From assembly GCA_965221905.1 (NCBI GenBank), contig OZ244922.1:2976001-3040000 (forward strand): DNA of 64,000 nucleotides, in the 5' to 3' direction. The notes below the pieces were generated by a model, which searched no databases, was not told the origin of the DNA, and saw nothing but the letters and a program-made list of their open reading frames with translations. The translations under genes and the position numbers were made by a program. How positions within the stretch are numbered: the stretch's first letter is position 1; each line of letters opens with the position of its first letter. Shown piece by piece: positions 9,277-19,965 of this stretch. Origin of the DNA: Chloroflexota bacterium. Its GTDB lineage: Bacteria > Chloroflexota > UBA11872 > VXOZ01.

Positions 9277-11160
9277 TTACAGGTGCTCTTTGATCTTCTG
9301 TGCAACCGAGCGGTTCATCTTCGGCGCGCTAGCTAAGACCTCCACCGGTGCCTCTCGAATCGCGTCCACACTACCGAAGTGCTTTAGCAGTGCCACCTTC
9401 CGCTTCGTTCCGATACCGGGTATCTTGTCGAGCAAGGAACCAAAGCTATGCTTGGAACGAATCGTTCGATGGTACGTGATTGCAAATCGATGCGCTTCGT
9501 CGCGAATTCGTTGAAGCAATTTCCGTGCCTCGGAGCGTTCCGCCAACGTGATCGGGTTCGACTCTCCCGGCAAGAAGATCTCCTCGCGCTGCTTGGCGAG
9601 ACCCAGAATCGGGATATCGTGCAGCGCCAGGTTTGCCAGCACTTCCAGCACGGCATTAAGCTGTCCCTTGCCGCCATCGATTACGAGCAAGTCGGGTTTC
9701 ACACCCCATGAATCTAGGGCGTCGGAATCGACCCGGCCGTCTGAATCTTCATGTTCGCCCGTCTCCGTTTCCGCACGCTGTTCGCTCAGGCGTTTGAGCC
9801 GCCGTGTGAGCATTTCCTGTAGGCTGGCGAAGTCGTTAGGGCCGTCTACGCTCTTGATTCTAAAGCGGCGGTAATCACCCGTGCTCGGCAGACCGGACAC
9901 GAACACAGCCATGGCGCCGACGGTGTACGCCCCTTGGATATTCGAGATGTCATAACACTCGATGCGCACCGGCACGCTATCAAGGTCAAGGACGTCAGCC
10001 AGTTCCGTTAGAGCCACCTGTGCCCGCTGCTGGCTGTCCAAGTGCCGCAGCCGATGGTCCTGCAAGCCTTGGCGGGCGTTGTTTCCGGCCAGTTCCACAA
10101 GCCGACGCTTCTCGCCGATCTTAGGCACACTTAGGGTTACACTGCCGCCGCGCCGCTCCCGCAGCCACATGCGGAGCAATTCAGCGCCGCGAATGCCGAC
10201 CGGCAAGAAGATCGCTTGTGGAATCTGCATGCTACGGCCGTAGAATTGCTGCAGGAAGTCCCGTATCACGTCACGGTCTTCCTCGTCGGCAGCGTGCTCG
10301 AGGATGAAATTCTCACGCCCAAGCAGATGGCCGCCGCGGATGCTAAAGACCTGCACGCACACCTCATCTTCCTCGCGCGCGAAACCAATGACGTCAATGT
10401 CTCCTTGGCGGATATTGGTGATCTTCTGGCGTTCCAAGACCCGTTCTACCGCCCAGATGCGGTCGCGCATCACCGCCGCGCGTTCAAACTCCATCGCATC
10501 CGAAGCTTCCCGCATCTCAACGCGAATATTCTGAATCACGTCGCCCGGTCGGCCTTCCAAGAACCGCATAACCTGCTGGATGATTCCGGCGTATTCCTCC
10601 TGGGAAACCGCTCTGATGCAAGGGCCCGCACAGCGTTTTATGTGGAAATCGAGGCACGGCCGGTCATACTCTTTCTCCATGTTGAGGGCGCAGGAACGGT
10701 AGGGGAACATTCGATTGAGCAGATTCATCGTATCCCGCAGGCTGTACGCGCTAGTGTACGGGCCATAGTACTGCGCGCCGTCATCCAGGATGCGACGTGT
10801 TGTCATTACGCGGGGATAGACTTCATTGAGGGTCACTTTGAGGTAGAGAAACGACTTGTCGTCGCGCAGCACCACATTGTAGCGTGGCCGGTGGTGCTTG
10901 ATGAGATTGCTCTCCAGCACAAGGGCCTCGATCTCCGTATCGGTGATGATGTACTCAACGGTTACGGCTTTCTCGACCATGCTTCTGGTCTTCCACGGCA
11001 TCCGGTCCTGGCGGCCGAAATACGACCGCACGCGATTTCGGAGCAACTTCGCCTTGCCCACATAGAGAACCGTGCCCTTGCCGTCACGAAAGAGATAGCA
11101 TCCCGGTAGCAAAGGGACGGTAGCCATCCGCTCGCGAGCGTCTCTTACCTGAATCGACAC
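9277..11160 (-). CDS. uvrC: Excinuclease ABC subunit C
   Basis: GIY-YIG (PGCYLF, YVGKAK..R.RVRSYF), RIECYDISN, DGGKGQ, RDEAHRFAI, HhH tail. Confidence 0.97.
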   Translation of the reverse strand: MSIQVRDARERMATVPLLPGCYLFRDGKGTVLYVGKAKLLRNRVRSYFGRQDRMPWKTRSMVEKAVTVEYIITDTEIEALVLESNLIKHHRPRYNVVLRDDKSFLYLKVTLNEVYPRVMTTRRILDDGAQYYGPYTSAYSLRDTMNLLNRMFPYRSCALNMEKEYDRPCLDFHIKRCAGPCIRAVSQEEYAGIIQQVMRFLEGRPGDVIQNIRVEMREASDAMEFERAAVMRDRIWAVERVLERQKITNIRQGDIDVIGFAREEDEVCVQVFSIRGGHLLGRENFILEHAADEEDRDVIRDFLQQFYGRSMQIPQAIFLPVGIRGAELLRMWLRERRGGSVTLSVPKIGEKRRLVELAGNNARQGLQDHRLRHLDSQQRAQVALTELADVLDLDSVPVRIECYDISNIQGAYTVGAMAVFVSGLPSTGDYRRFRIKSVDGPNDFASLQEMLTRRLKRLSEQRAETETGEHEDSDGRVDSDALDSWGVKPDLLVIDGGKGQLNAVLEVLANLALHDIPILGLAKQREEIFLPGESNPITLAERSEARKLLQRIRDEAHRFAITYHRTIRSKHSFGSLLDKIPGIGTKRKVALLKHFGSVDAIREAPVEVLASAPKMNRSVAQKIKEHL

Positions 11161-11172
11161 GTTAGTACTCCA

Positions 11173-11184
11173 GGACTCATGTTC
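11173..11184. promoter_or_regulatory. Candidate LexA (GAAC-N4-GTTC type) box upstream of uvrC
   Basis: GGACTCATGTTC, one mismatch to the consensus, 13 bp from the uvrC start. Confidence 0.4.
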
Positions 11185-11281
11185 GGCTACACCGAATTCT
11201 CATCTTCGTATGGTATCATAGGCTTAGAGGAGCTCTTATTCTCTGTCTGCAACCTCGTCTTACCACGAAGTGAGGGAGCGA

Positions 11282-11593
11282 GTGACCTTCAAGCTGAAAG
11301 ACGAATTCCATCAGGCGATGCTAAGCATTGACGATGCTGCTGCCCAGCACGGCTATCATCCAACATACTTCTTGCGAATGGTACACGAACTCGGCGGGTT
11401 GACAGCGGCCAAGCGCTTGCTCAGCACAGACGGCCCGCAATCAGGATTGGCCAGACTCTGGGAACTGGGATTGCTTGACAACTCTATGGAAGCGCTCGTT
11501 TTGCAAGAACGCTGGAAAGAGCTCTTTAGCGACAATGAGCGGCAAGCGGCGCGGAAACGGTTGAAAGACTACGGGTATACATTTAAGCTGTGA
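11282..11593 (+). CDS. Small conserved hypothetical protein
   Basis: GGAG SD before GTG; pattern GYHPTYFLRMV..GG..AAKRLL..G..LWE....SMEALVL..W..LF...E...AR.RL..YGY. Confidence 0.75.
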   Translation: MTFKLKDEFHQAMLSIDDAAAQHGYHPTYFLRMVHELGGLTAAKRLLSTDGPQSGLARLWELGLLDNSMEALVLQERWKELFSDNERQAARKRLKDYGYTFKL

Positions 11594-11695
11594 TTGTCGA
11601 GTTGCGGTGGCGGGGCAGTGACCTTCCCCATTCTCGGAATGACGGGGAGCGGGAACTGGTGACGCGAAAGCCCCAAGCCGAAGGAGCAACCAAGA

Positions 11696-11956
11696 ATGGC
11701 GGTACTTGATACCTATAAGGCGTTTGAGGCCTTGACGGGCGCGGGCTTCACGGAAAGCCAAGCCAAAGCCCTTATCGACGCGGGCCGCGAAGGCTACGGC
11801 GCACTGGCAACCAAAACCGACATTCAGGATATGGCGACCAAAACCGACCTGCGCGCACTAGAACAGAGCATAACCATCAAAGTTGGGGCGATGTTGTTCG
11901 CGCTGGCAGGCTTGCTGGTTGGGGTACTGGTTGCCCTGGAACTGCTGCCTCCCTAA
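11696..11956 (+). CDS. DUF1640/CCDC90-like small coiled-coil membrane protein
   Basis: DTYKAFEAL..AGFTESQAKA, repeated ATKTD, C-terminal TM helix; AGGAG SD. Confidence 0.8.
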   Translation: MAVLDTYKAFEALTGAGFTESQAKALIDAGREGYGALATKTDIQDMATKTDLRALEQSITIKVGAMLFALAGLLVGVLVALELLPP

Positions 11957-12196
11957 GCCCGACCGCGAGTGGATCCGGGCTGTACGATTCGCATGGGCGC
12001 CCCCGCGATACCTAAGCCCGACTATAGGTGGACGCAGATGCGAGTGTCCCTAATTGTGTACGCAAGGCGCGTGTGCTGAGATGTTCTTTCCATGCCCGGC
12101 AAGCAAACCCCTTGCAAGCCGCAAGCAGCCCGCTCTACGTTGAAATCGAGTACTATTGACTATACTGTGGCATGATCTTTAGAGAAGGAGGGCCTA

Positions 12197-12994
12197 GTGC
12201 AATTGACGAAAAAGCTTATCGGTCTACTAGCGATTGCGAGCATACTGCTCTTGGCTGGGTGCGCCACGGCGGCGGTGCAAGCCGCACCCGCAGCATCGGG
12301 AGCCGAAGCTCCTGCCGTGACCCCCTACAACGGCGGCGAAGAGAAGTCCGTCGAGCGCAGCATCTCGGTACAGGGACAAGGTACCGTGAGCGCCAAGCCC
12401 GACCTGGTCACGCTTTCGTTGGGCGTGCAGACCACTGGTGAAACGGCAATGGAGGCGCTGGCGCTCAACAGCGAGCAGATGACCGGGGTTATTGCCGCGA
12501 TTCAGGAGGCCGAGATCGCGAATGAGGATATACAGACCTCCGGCATCAACCTCTACCCCGTCTACGAAGACCGCTCCCTGGTGCAACCCGGTGAGCAGCG
12601 CCAAGTCGTCGGTTACCGGGCGTCAAACGATATAAGCGTCAGGGTCCACGACATCGACAAAGCAGGCTCGGTGCTTGACGCGGCGGTAACTGCCGGCGCC
12701 AACCAGGTCGGCGGCGTGCGGTTCGGCTTGAGCGACATCGATACCATCGTGACAGACGCGCTGATCGCGGCGGTGCAGAATGCCCAAGCCAAAGCGCAGA
12801 CTATTGCCGACACGCTCGGCGTAACACTTGGCACCGCGCTCGTGGTCAATGAAGAGTGGATTGAAAGGCCGGAAGCGAGAGGAGTCGCCTTTGCCGCGGA
12901 AGCCGCATTTGACAGTGGCGGCTTCTCTTCACCCGTGCAGGGCGGCGCCGTGAGTGTTACCGCGCACATTCGTGTGACGTTCGCTATCGAGTAA
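12197..12994 (+). CDS. SIMPL/DUF541 domain lipoprotein
   Basis: Lipobox LAGC; ISVQGQGTVSAKPD, DIQTS, GYRASN, LDAAVTAGANQV. Confidence 0.9.
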   Translation: MQLTKKLIGLLAIASILLLAGCATAAVQAAPAASGAEAPAVTPYNGGEEKSVERSISVQGQGTVSAKPDLVTLSLGVQTTGETAMEALALNSEQMTGVIAAIQEAEIANEDIQTSGINLYPVYEDRSLVQPGEQRQVVGYRASNDISVRVHDIDKAGSVLDAAVTAGANQVGGVRFGLSDIDTIVTDALIAAVQNAQAKAQTIADTLGVTLGTALVVNEEWIERPEARGVAFAAEAAFDSGGFSSPVQGGAVSVTAHIRVTFAIE

Positions 12995-13038
12995 GGCTAA
13001 CCCACGCCGGATATTCGGCGCCTAGGCAAAGATAAGCT

Positions 13039-13067
13039 GAAAGCGGGCCGTTGACCGGCCCGCTTTC
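13039..13067. terminator. Bidirectional intrinsic terminator hairpin
   Basis: GAAAGCGGGCCG-TTGAC-CGGCCCGCTTTC between convergent genes. Confidence 0.75.
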
Positions 13068-13167
13068 TAATTTTCTGCGGCACGCGAACGATAGCCGTGG
13101 ACTCTTTGCTCAGACACACCCTCGCGCAGCGCGAATGCGGCGCTACGCGGCGACGATATACGCAAAC

Positions 13168-13632
13168 TTAACCCTCTGTGTGCGGCCTCCGCCCCCGGGA
13201 GGCACACCACTCTTCGTACGACGGCACGTCCTCGTTGACGACCCAGAGAAAATAGTATGCGCCGGTTTCGCCGAGGAAACCAAAGCGCTTGCGCAGGTCT
13301 TTCACTGTAGCCTCAAAGCCGCCGTGAGAGCGCAAGTATCCTTGGAAGCTCCCGTGTTCCTCTTCTAATTCGCGCATAGCGCGCGCGTTCTTGACGATGG
13401 CTGCCAGCTTGCGCCGGTTGCGGATCACGCGCTTGTCCTGCGCCAGATCGTCCAAGTCTTTCTCGCTCAGAAAAGCGATCGCAATCGGATCGAAATTGCG
13501 CATGGCTGCCTTGATGTCAGGCCACTTTACCTCTACGACTCGCCATGACATGCCGCTGTGAAATACCGCCTTGCTCATAACTTCCAGGTAGTCCGCAAGA
13601 CTTTGCGGTTCGATCCTTTGCGGTGATTCCAT
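13168..13632 (-). CDS. DNA-3-methyladenine glycosylase I-like protein
   Basis: AVFHSGMSW.VV..KW, NFDP, VIRNRRKL.AIV.NA, KRFGFLG. Confidence 0.8.
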   Translation of the reverse strand: MESPQRIEPQSLADYLEVMSKAVFHSGMSWRVVEVKWPDIKAAMRNFDPIAIAFLSEKDLDDLAQDKRVIRNRRKLAAIVKNARAMRELEEEHGSFQGYLRSHGGFEATVKDLRKRFGFLGETGAYYFLWVVNEDVPSYEEWCASRGRRPHTEG

Positions 13633-13878
13633 AGTGGCCTCTCTTGTCAATGGAGACGATAAAGGGGTTTGCAGTGAGATGAGAATCATACGAACGATTT
13701 TTGCAGTATGGCAGAGCCGGCGGCATCGGGCAAACTCGCTGAACACCCATCTCTTCTCACTCCCCGCAAGTGCGAAACTTGGCACGGGGCACGGCTTCGT
13801 TCTTACAACGTAGGCGTTTGTGGGGAAGCGCGTTTAGAGGCTATAATCAGAGTTAAGTCAATGAAAGGCGATGTCACT

Positions 13879-14190
13879 GTGAAAGATCCGGAACACACGG
13901 AAACCATTACGCGTGCCGACGTGCAGCACGTGGCTAGTCTTGCACGGCTGGCACTCTCACCTGATGAGGAAGAGCGGTTTCAGCATCAACTCAGCGCGGT
14001 CTTCGAGCACTTTCAGAAGCTCAGCGCTTTGGATACCGAGCAAATTCCCCCAACTGCACAAGTCATCCCGCTCAAGAACGTCATGCGTTCCGACACGGTG
14101 GAACCATCGCTGACGGAACAGGAAGTCCTCGCGAACGCCCCGGATCGCGAGGGCGACCAGTTTCGCGTGCGCGCCATTCTGGATTTCTAG
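13879..14190 (+). CDS. gatC: Asp/Glu-tRNA amidotransferase subunit C
   Basis: DVQHVASLARL, NVMRSD, VLANAP...F.V; directly before gatA; start 13861 or 13879. Confidence 0.92.
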   Translation: MKDPEHTETITRADVQHVASLARLALSPDEEERFQHQLSAVFEHFQKLSALDTEQIPPTAQVIPLKNVMRSDTVEPSLTEQEVLANAPDREGDQFRVRAILDF

Positions 14191-14193
14191 TCC

Positions 14194-15672
14194 GTGAATC
14201 TCAATGCACTGACCGTCCACGAAGCTCAGGACTTGCTGCGCCAAGGCGAGATAACCTCTCTCCAGCTCACCGAGGCTGCATTGGCGCAGATCGAGGCCGT
14301 TGACGAGTCTATCCACGCCTACGTGACCGTGACCCCGGAAAAGGCGCGAGCGCAAGCGCAAGCGGCTGACGAGCGACTAGCGCAAGACGGCACCGCAGTA
14401 CCGCCGCTAACAGGCATCCCAGCCGCCATCAAAGACGTCGTTAGTACCAAGGGCGTCCGCACCACCTGCTCATCGCGTATGTTGGAGAACTATATTCCTC
14501 CGTACGACGCTACCGTCATGGAGAAGCTTAACGCTCAAGGAATGGTGCTGTTGGGCAAAACCAACATGGACGAATTCGCCATGGGTTCGAGCACGGAACA
14601 CTCGGCCTTCTTCACCACGCGCAACCCGTGGGACTACGAGCGCGTACCGGGCGGCTCGAGCGGCGGTTCGGCCGCAGCGGTAGCCGCCGACGAAGCGATT
14701 TTCTCGTTAGGTTCCGACACCGGCGGCTCCATTCGCCAACCTGCTGCCCTTTGCGGCGTCGTCGGCATGAAACCGACCTACGGCCGTGTTTCACGCTACG
14801 GTCTTGTCGCATTCGCCTCATCGCTCGACCAGATCGGCCCGCTTACCAAAGACGTCACGGATTGCGCTATTGTCCTCGAGGCGATATGCGGTCACGATCC
14901 CCGCGACGCCACGTCGGCGCCGCATCCCGTGCCAAACTGGCCGGAGGAAATGAAGCGGGACGTTAAGGGATTGCGGGTTGGAGTGCCGCAAGAGTACTTC
15001 GGCGCAGGGATCGATCCTGAAGTCGAGCAGTCCGTGCGTAAGGCCATCGACCAGCTTCTTAGCTTGGGTGTTACGGTGGAAGAAGTTTCTCTGCCGCACA
15101 CCGATCATGCCCTTGCCACCTACTACATCATTGCTCCCGCGGAGGCGAGCGCAAACCTGGCGCGCTACGACGGCATCAGATACGGCTACGCGGCGCAAGA
15201 CGCTGAGACCATGTGGGAGGCGTATAGCCGCACGCGGGGTGAGGGCTTTGGCTCCGAGGTCAAGCGGCGCATCCTCGTTGGCACCCATGCGCTTTCCAGC
15301 GGCTACTACGACGCCTACTACCTCAAGGCGCAAAAGGCGCGAACACTGATCGCCGCGGACTTTCAGCAGGCGTTCGAGCAAGTTGACGCTATCGTCTGTC
15401 CCACGTCCGCGACCGTAGCCTTCAAAATTGGCGAACGGATTGACGATCCGATTAGCATGTACCTATCAGACTTGTACACGTTGCCCGGCAACGTCGCGGG
15501 CCTGCCCGGTATTTCCCAACCGTGCGGCCTCGTGCAGGGACTACCCGTTGGACTGCAATTCATAGGTAAGCCGTTCGACGAAACCACGCTTCTGCGTTTG
15601 GCATACGCATACGAGCAAGCGAGCGGCCTCCGCTACAGACCTGCCCTTCCTCAAGGAGCACAACTACAATGA
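14194..15672 (+). CDS. gatA: Asp/Glu-tRNA amidotransferase subunit A
   Basis: [41 protein letters not shown]. Confidence 0.97.
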   Translation: MNLNALTVHEAQDLLRQGEITSLQLTEAALAQIEAVDESIHAYVTVTPEKARAQAQAADERLAQDGTAVPPLTGIPAAIKDVVSTKGVRTTCSSRMLENYIPPYDATVMEKLNAQGMVLLGKTNMDEFAMGSSTEHSAFFTTRNPWDYERVPGGSSGGSAAAVAADEAIFSLGSDTGGSIRQPAALCGVVGMKPTYGRVSRYGLVAFASSLDQIGPLTKDVTDCAIVLEAICGHDPRDATSAPHPVPNWPEEMKRDVKGLRVGVPQEYFGAGIDPEVEQSVRKAIDQLLSLGVTVEEVSLPHTDHALATYYIIAPAEASANLARYDGIRYGYAAQDAETMWEAYSRTRGEGFGSEVKRRILVGTHALSSGYYDAYYLKAQKARTLIAADFQQAFEQVDAIVCPTSATVAFKIGERIDDPISMYLSDLYTLPGNVAGLPGISQPCGLVQGLPVGLQFIGKPFDETTLLRLAYAYEQASGLRYRPALPQGAQLQ

Positions 15673-16880
15673 CCGCATCTTCTATTGCCGGCGCCGGCGC
15701 TGCCACCGGTACCGACGTAACCGGCAGACTATCGGCGCGTGTACGCGAAGTGCCGGCCTCCGGCATTCGGAAGTTTTTTGATATTCTCGCCAGCATGGAT
15801 GATGTCATCTCGCTCGGTGTGGGAGAGCCCGATTTTGTAACGCCGGAGCATATTCTGCAGGCCGGGGTCGATTCGCTGGCCAAAGGAGAAACGCACTACA
15901 CTTCCAACTACGGCCTGATGGAACTGCGGGAAGCGGTAGCGGAGTACCTTAGCGAACACTATGGCGTCCAATACGATCCCAAGACGGAAATACTGCTTAC
16001 GGCCGGTGTCAGCGAAGCGGTTGACATTGCGTTGCGCGCCGTCATCGATCCCGGTGATGAGGTGATTGTGCCGGAGCCGGCGTATGTTTCTTACCGTCCG
16101 TGCATCACGTTTGCCGGCGGCGAGCCGGTTGGCATCAATAGCTCGGCAGAAACCAACTTTCGCATTACGGCGGCGCAAATCGCCGCGGCGATCACACCCC
16201 GCACCAAAGCGCTGTTGCTTGGCTTCCCGGCGAACCCGACCGGAGCCATGCTGCCCCGCGAAGAGTGGCACCAGATCGTCGAGTTGGCACGGCAGCACAA
16301 CCTCATCATGCTCTCCGACGAGATCTACGGGCGGCTCGCGTATACCATGGAGCATACGTGTGTGAGCGCTCTCCCCGGAGCGTGGGACCGCACTATCTTA
16401 CTTGGCGGATTCTCCAAGTCCTACGCCATGACCGGCTGGCGCATCGGATACGTGGCAGCGCCAAGCGCGGTGCTGGAGTACATAATGAAGGTGCACCAAT
16501 ACGTGGTCATGTGCGCGCCTACCATGAGCCAGTATGCGGCCTTGCAAGCCGTTCGGCACGGTGAGCCTGACGTCGAACGCATGCTTAGCGAGTACACGAA
16601 ACGGCGCACCCTCATCGTCGACGGCTTGAATGATATTGGGCTCAATTGCGTACCGCCTGACGGAGCCTTCTATTGCTTCCCAAGCATACGTTCGACCGGT
16701 CTCTCGTCGCAGGAATTCGCGGAGCGCTTGCTGCAAGAAGAGCACGTCGCTTGCGTGGCCGGTGACGCCTTTGGCCCCTGCGGCGACGGCCACGTGCGCA
16801 TGTGCTACGCCGTACCGACTGCCGACATCGAGGTCGCACTGGAGCGCATAGCCAATTTCGTGAACCGTGTAAGAGGATAG
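15669..16880 (+). CDS. Class I/II PLP-dependent aminotransferase (aspartate aminotransferase-like)
   Basis: [32 protein letters not shown]. Confidence 0.93.
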   Translation: MTASSIAGAGAATGTDVTGRLSARVREVPASGIRKFFDILASMDDVISLGVGEPDFVTPEHILQAGVDSLAKGETHYTSNYGLMELREAVAEYLSEHYGVQYDPKTEILLTAGVSEAVDIALRAVIDPGDEVIVPEPAYVSYRPCITFAGGEPVGINSSAETNFRITAAQIAAAITPRTKALLLGFPANPTGAMLPREEWHQIVELARQHNLIMLSDEIYGRLAYTMEHTCVSALPGAWDRTILLGGFSKSYAMTGWRIGYVAAPSAVLEYIMKVHQYVVMCAPTMSQYAALQAVRHGEPDVERMLSEYTKRRTLIVDGLNDIGLNCVPPDGAFYCFPSIRSTGLSSQEFAERLLQEEHVACVAGDAFGPCGDGHVRMCYAVPTADIEVALERIANFVNRVRG

Positions 16881-16916
16881 CGTGTCGTACGTGGGCATCA
16901 ACCGCCGCGCAGACTG

Positions 16917-17096
16917 GGTAGCGTAGGTTTGTAACCTGTGCTACTGCGGGAGAACGGCACGTCAGGTAGCGTAGGTTTGTAACCTGTGCTACTGCGGGAG
17001 AACGGCACGTCAGGTAGCGTAGGTTTGTAACCTGCGCCGCCGTGGGAGAACGGCACGTCAGGTAGCGTAGGTTTGTAACCTGCGCCGCCGTGGGAG
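16917..17096. repeat. Tandem array of a 48-bp unit (about 3.75 copies) containing a GTAG-type hairpin
   Basis: Units start at 16917, 16965, 17013, 17061; core GTAGCGTAGGTTTGTAACCTGTGCTAC. Confidence 0.92.
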
Positions 17097-17105
17097 TAAC
17101 AATTC

Positions 17106-18572
17106 GTGGAAACAACCGTAGCAGAGAAGTATCGCACTGTCATTGGCTTGGAATTTCACGTGCAGCTTTTGACAGAGAGCAAGATGTTCTGCGCGTGCAG
17201 CGCGCAGTATGCCGCCCATCCGCCGAATACCGTTGTCTGCCCGGTTTGCCTCGGGTTGCCGGGCGCGCTGCCGGTCATCAACGAGAAGGTCATCGAGTGC
17301 ATCGTAATGACGGGCATGGCGCTGAACTCCACAATCCCGGAGTTTGCCAAGTTCGATCGCAAGAACTACCCTTATCCCGATCTCCCAAAGGGCTATCAAA
17401 TCTCCCAATACGACTTGCCATTCTGTATACAAGGGAGTCTTGAGCTTGACGAGGAAGACGGCGGACGCACCATTGACATTACGCGCGTTCACCAAGAGGA
17501 AGACACGGCAAAGTCTACCCACGTAACCGCGTCGAGCGGTGAGCGGTACTCACTCGTAGACTTCAACCGCTCCGGGGTTCCCCTGATGGAAGTTGTGACT
17601 GAGCCCGACATTGCCTCGCCCCAGGAAGCGGTGGCATTTGGGCGCAAGCTGCGCCAGATTGTGCGGTATCTCGGCATCTCCACCGCCAACATGGAAGACG
17701 GCGCCATGCGCTGCGACGCCAATATCTCGATATGGCCCGCAGACGCGCCCACCGGCAACATCAAAGTCGAAGTCAAGAACATGAACTCCTTCCGATCCGT
17801 GGAGCGGGCATTACTGTTTGAGCAAGAACGTCAGACGCGTATTCTGGAGAGCGGCAACGATACGCGCGTAACCGAGACACGCGGCTGGCTTGAAACGACC
17901 GGAGAGACCGTGTCGCAGCGCTCAAAAGAAGAAGCCCATGACTACCGCTATTTTCCCGAACCGGACCTGCCGCCTTTGCAACTTTCGCAGGAATGGATAG
18001 ATGGCGTGCGGCAGAAACTGCCCGAATTGCCGGGGGCAAAGAAACAGCGCTTTATGACAGCTTACGACCTCTCAGCCTACGATGCGGGCCTGCTTACGCA
18101 ATCCCGCGACCTGGCCGCGTATTTCGAGGCCGCGTCGACGCGCGCCAAGAACGCAAAGGCTGTAGCGAATTGGATGCTGCGCAATCTGTTGCAGCGTCTC
18201 AATGAATCCGATACCGAAATCAACGACTGCAAGATTTCACCGGAGTCGCTGGCCGAGATGATCCTGCTCATTGAATCCGGCGAGATCAGCAACCGTATTG
18301 CGCAAGAAGTGTTTGACAAGATGTTCGAATCAGGCAAGAGCGCGCAGGAAATTGTGAAGGAGCAGGGCCTGACCCAGATCAGCGACGAGGACGCGCTCGC
18401 GGAAATTGTGGCTAAAGCGATTGAGGAAAACCCCGCCGCTGTGCAAGACTTTAAAGAGGGGAAGAAGCGGGCAATCGGCTTCTTGGTCGGTCAGGTGATG
18501 AAGGCCACCCGCGGCAAAGCAAACCCCGGCATCGTTAACCAGAAGCTCCAAGAGGTGTTGCGCCAAGTCTGA
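17106..18572 (+). CDS. gatB: Asp/Glu-tRNA amidotransferase subunit B
   Basis: IGLEFHVQL, FDRKNYPYPDLPKGYQISQ, RSKEEAHDYRYFPEPDL, GQVMKAT.GKANP. Confidence 0.97.
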   Translation: METTVAEKYRTVIGLEFHVQLLTESKMFCACSAQYAAHPPNTVVCPVCLGLPGALPVINEKVIECIVMTGMALNSTIPEFAKFDRKNYPYPDLPKGYQISQYDLPFCIQGSLELDEEDGGRTIDITRVHQEEDTAKSTHVTASSGERYSLVDFNRSGVPLMEVVTEPDIASPQEAVAFGRKLRQIVRYLGISTANMEDGAMRCDANISIWPADAPTGNIKVEVKNMNSFRSVERALLFEQERQTRILESGNDTRVTETRGWLETTGETVSQRSKEEAHDYRYFPEPDLPPLQLSQEWIDGVRQKLPELPGAKKQRFMTAYDLSAYDAGLLTQSRDLAAYFEAASTRAKNAKAVANWMLRNLLQRLNESDTEINDCKISPESLAEMILLIESGEISNRIAQEVFDKMFESGKSAQEIVKEQGLTQISDEDALAEIVAKAIEENPAAVQDFKEGKKRAIGFLVGQVMKATRGKANPGIVNQKLQEVLRQV

Positions 18573-18696
18573 AGAGGTGGCGCCCATATCTTGCGATACT
18601 CACTACACCAAAGCGAAATACTACCTGGTTCAACGAAGAGTCAGAGCTGTGCGCTTTACCCCGGCACGGGCGCCGGTCACGGAGGAGGCGTAGTAA

Positions 18697-19965
18697 ATGG
18701 CTGAGCTTGTCAATCAACAACAACGGATCAATCCGCTCACGATCGCCCTTGATCAATTCGATCGCACGGCGGAGATCCTGCACCTTGACGAAGATATGCG
18801 CAAGGTGCTCCGCGTCCCCAAGCGCGAACTCACCGTTAATTTCCCCGTGCGCATGGATACCGGCAGCCTGGAGATGTTCTCCGGCTATCGGGTGCAGCAC
18901 AACGTGAATCGCGGCCCGGCCAAGGGCGGCATTCGGTTCGCCCCCGACGTGGACATCGAGGAAGTGCGCGCCCTGGCAATGTGGATGACGTGGAAGTGCG
19001 CGTTGGTGGGGATACCCTATGGCGGCGCCAAGGGCGGCGTGGCGTGCAATCCAAAGCAACTCTCCCGCACTGAGCTCGAAGGGCTTACCCGGCGCTACAC
19101 AACCGAAATCTACACGCTCATCGGCCCGGAATCCGACATTCCCGCGCCGGACATGAACACAGATTCTCAGATCATGGCGTGGATCATGGATACCTACAGC
19201 ATGCAAAGAGGGTACTCCGTGCCAGCGGTTGTAACAGGCAAGCCCCTGGAGATCGGCGGCTCCGCAGGCAGGACCGAGGCTACCGGGCGCGGCGTGACCT
19301 ATGTGGTTGAAGAGGTGCTCGGGCACTACGGCCAGCGACTCGAAGGCAAGACAATCGCGATTCAAGGATTTGGCAACGTGGGCTCGCATGCGGCCGACTT
19401 GCTCGTGGAACAAGGAGCAAAGGTAGTCGCAATCTCTGACGTGAGCGGCGCGGTCTACAATGCGCGTGGGCTCGACGTAAACGCGGCACTGCAGATCAAG
19501 AATGAAGGAGTGCTTGTCAGCGACCTGCCCGGCGGCGAGCGCATCAGTAACGATGAATTGCTTGAACTGCCGGTAGACATTTTGGTCCCGGCCGCCGTCC
19601 ACGGGCAGATAACGGCTGAAAACGCCGACGACATCCGTGCCCGTTTCATCGCCGAGGCCGCCAACGGCCCAACGACTCCCGAGGCGGACGAGATTCTACG
19701 CGAGCGTGGGATCATCGTTATCCCCGACGTGCTTTGTAACGCGGGCGGCGTAACAGTCTCGTACTTCGAGTGGGTGCAGGGCCTGCAGTCATTCTTCTGG
19801 GACATCGACGAGATCCGCAAGCAGCTTAAGAGTATCCTCACTCGCGCAACCCGCGAGACCATCGCGACTGCGGAGAAGTACGACATTGACCTGCGCATGG
19901 GAGCTTCCGCGCTCGGCGTGAGCCGCGTGGCTGAGGCGACCATGGTCCGCGGCATCTACCCCTAG
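18697..19965 (+). CDS. Glu/Leu/Phe/Val dehydrogenase (glutamate dehydrogenase)
   Basis: GPAKGGIRF, GGAKGG, DIPAPD, QGFGNVG, NAGGVTVSYFEW. Confidence 0.95.
   Translation: MAELVNQQQRINPLTIALDQFDRTAEILHLDEDMRKVLRVPKRELTVNFPVRMDTGSLEMFSGYRVQHNVNRGPAKGGIRFAPDVDIEEVRALAMWMTWKCALVGIPYGGAKGGVACNPKQLSRTELEGLTRRYTTEIYTLIGPESDIPAPDMNTDSQIMAWIMDTYSMQRGYSVPAVVTGKPLEIGGSAGRTEATGRGVTYVVEEVLGHYGQRLEGKTIAIQGFGNVGSHAADLLVEQGAKVVAISDVSGAVYNARGLDVNAALQIKNEGVLVSDLPGGERISNDELLELPVDILVPAAVHGQITAENADDIRARFIAEAANGPTTPEADEILRERGIIVIPDVLCNAGGVTVSYFEWVQGLQSFFWDIDEIRKQLKSILTRATRETIATAEKYDIDLRMGASALGVSRVAEATMVRGIYP

Noticed and set aside
16917-17096. CRISPR array, or repeat-protein ORFs on the minus strand
   Set aside because: Whole 48-bp units repeat; the ORFs are by-products of a unit length divisible by 3
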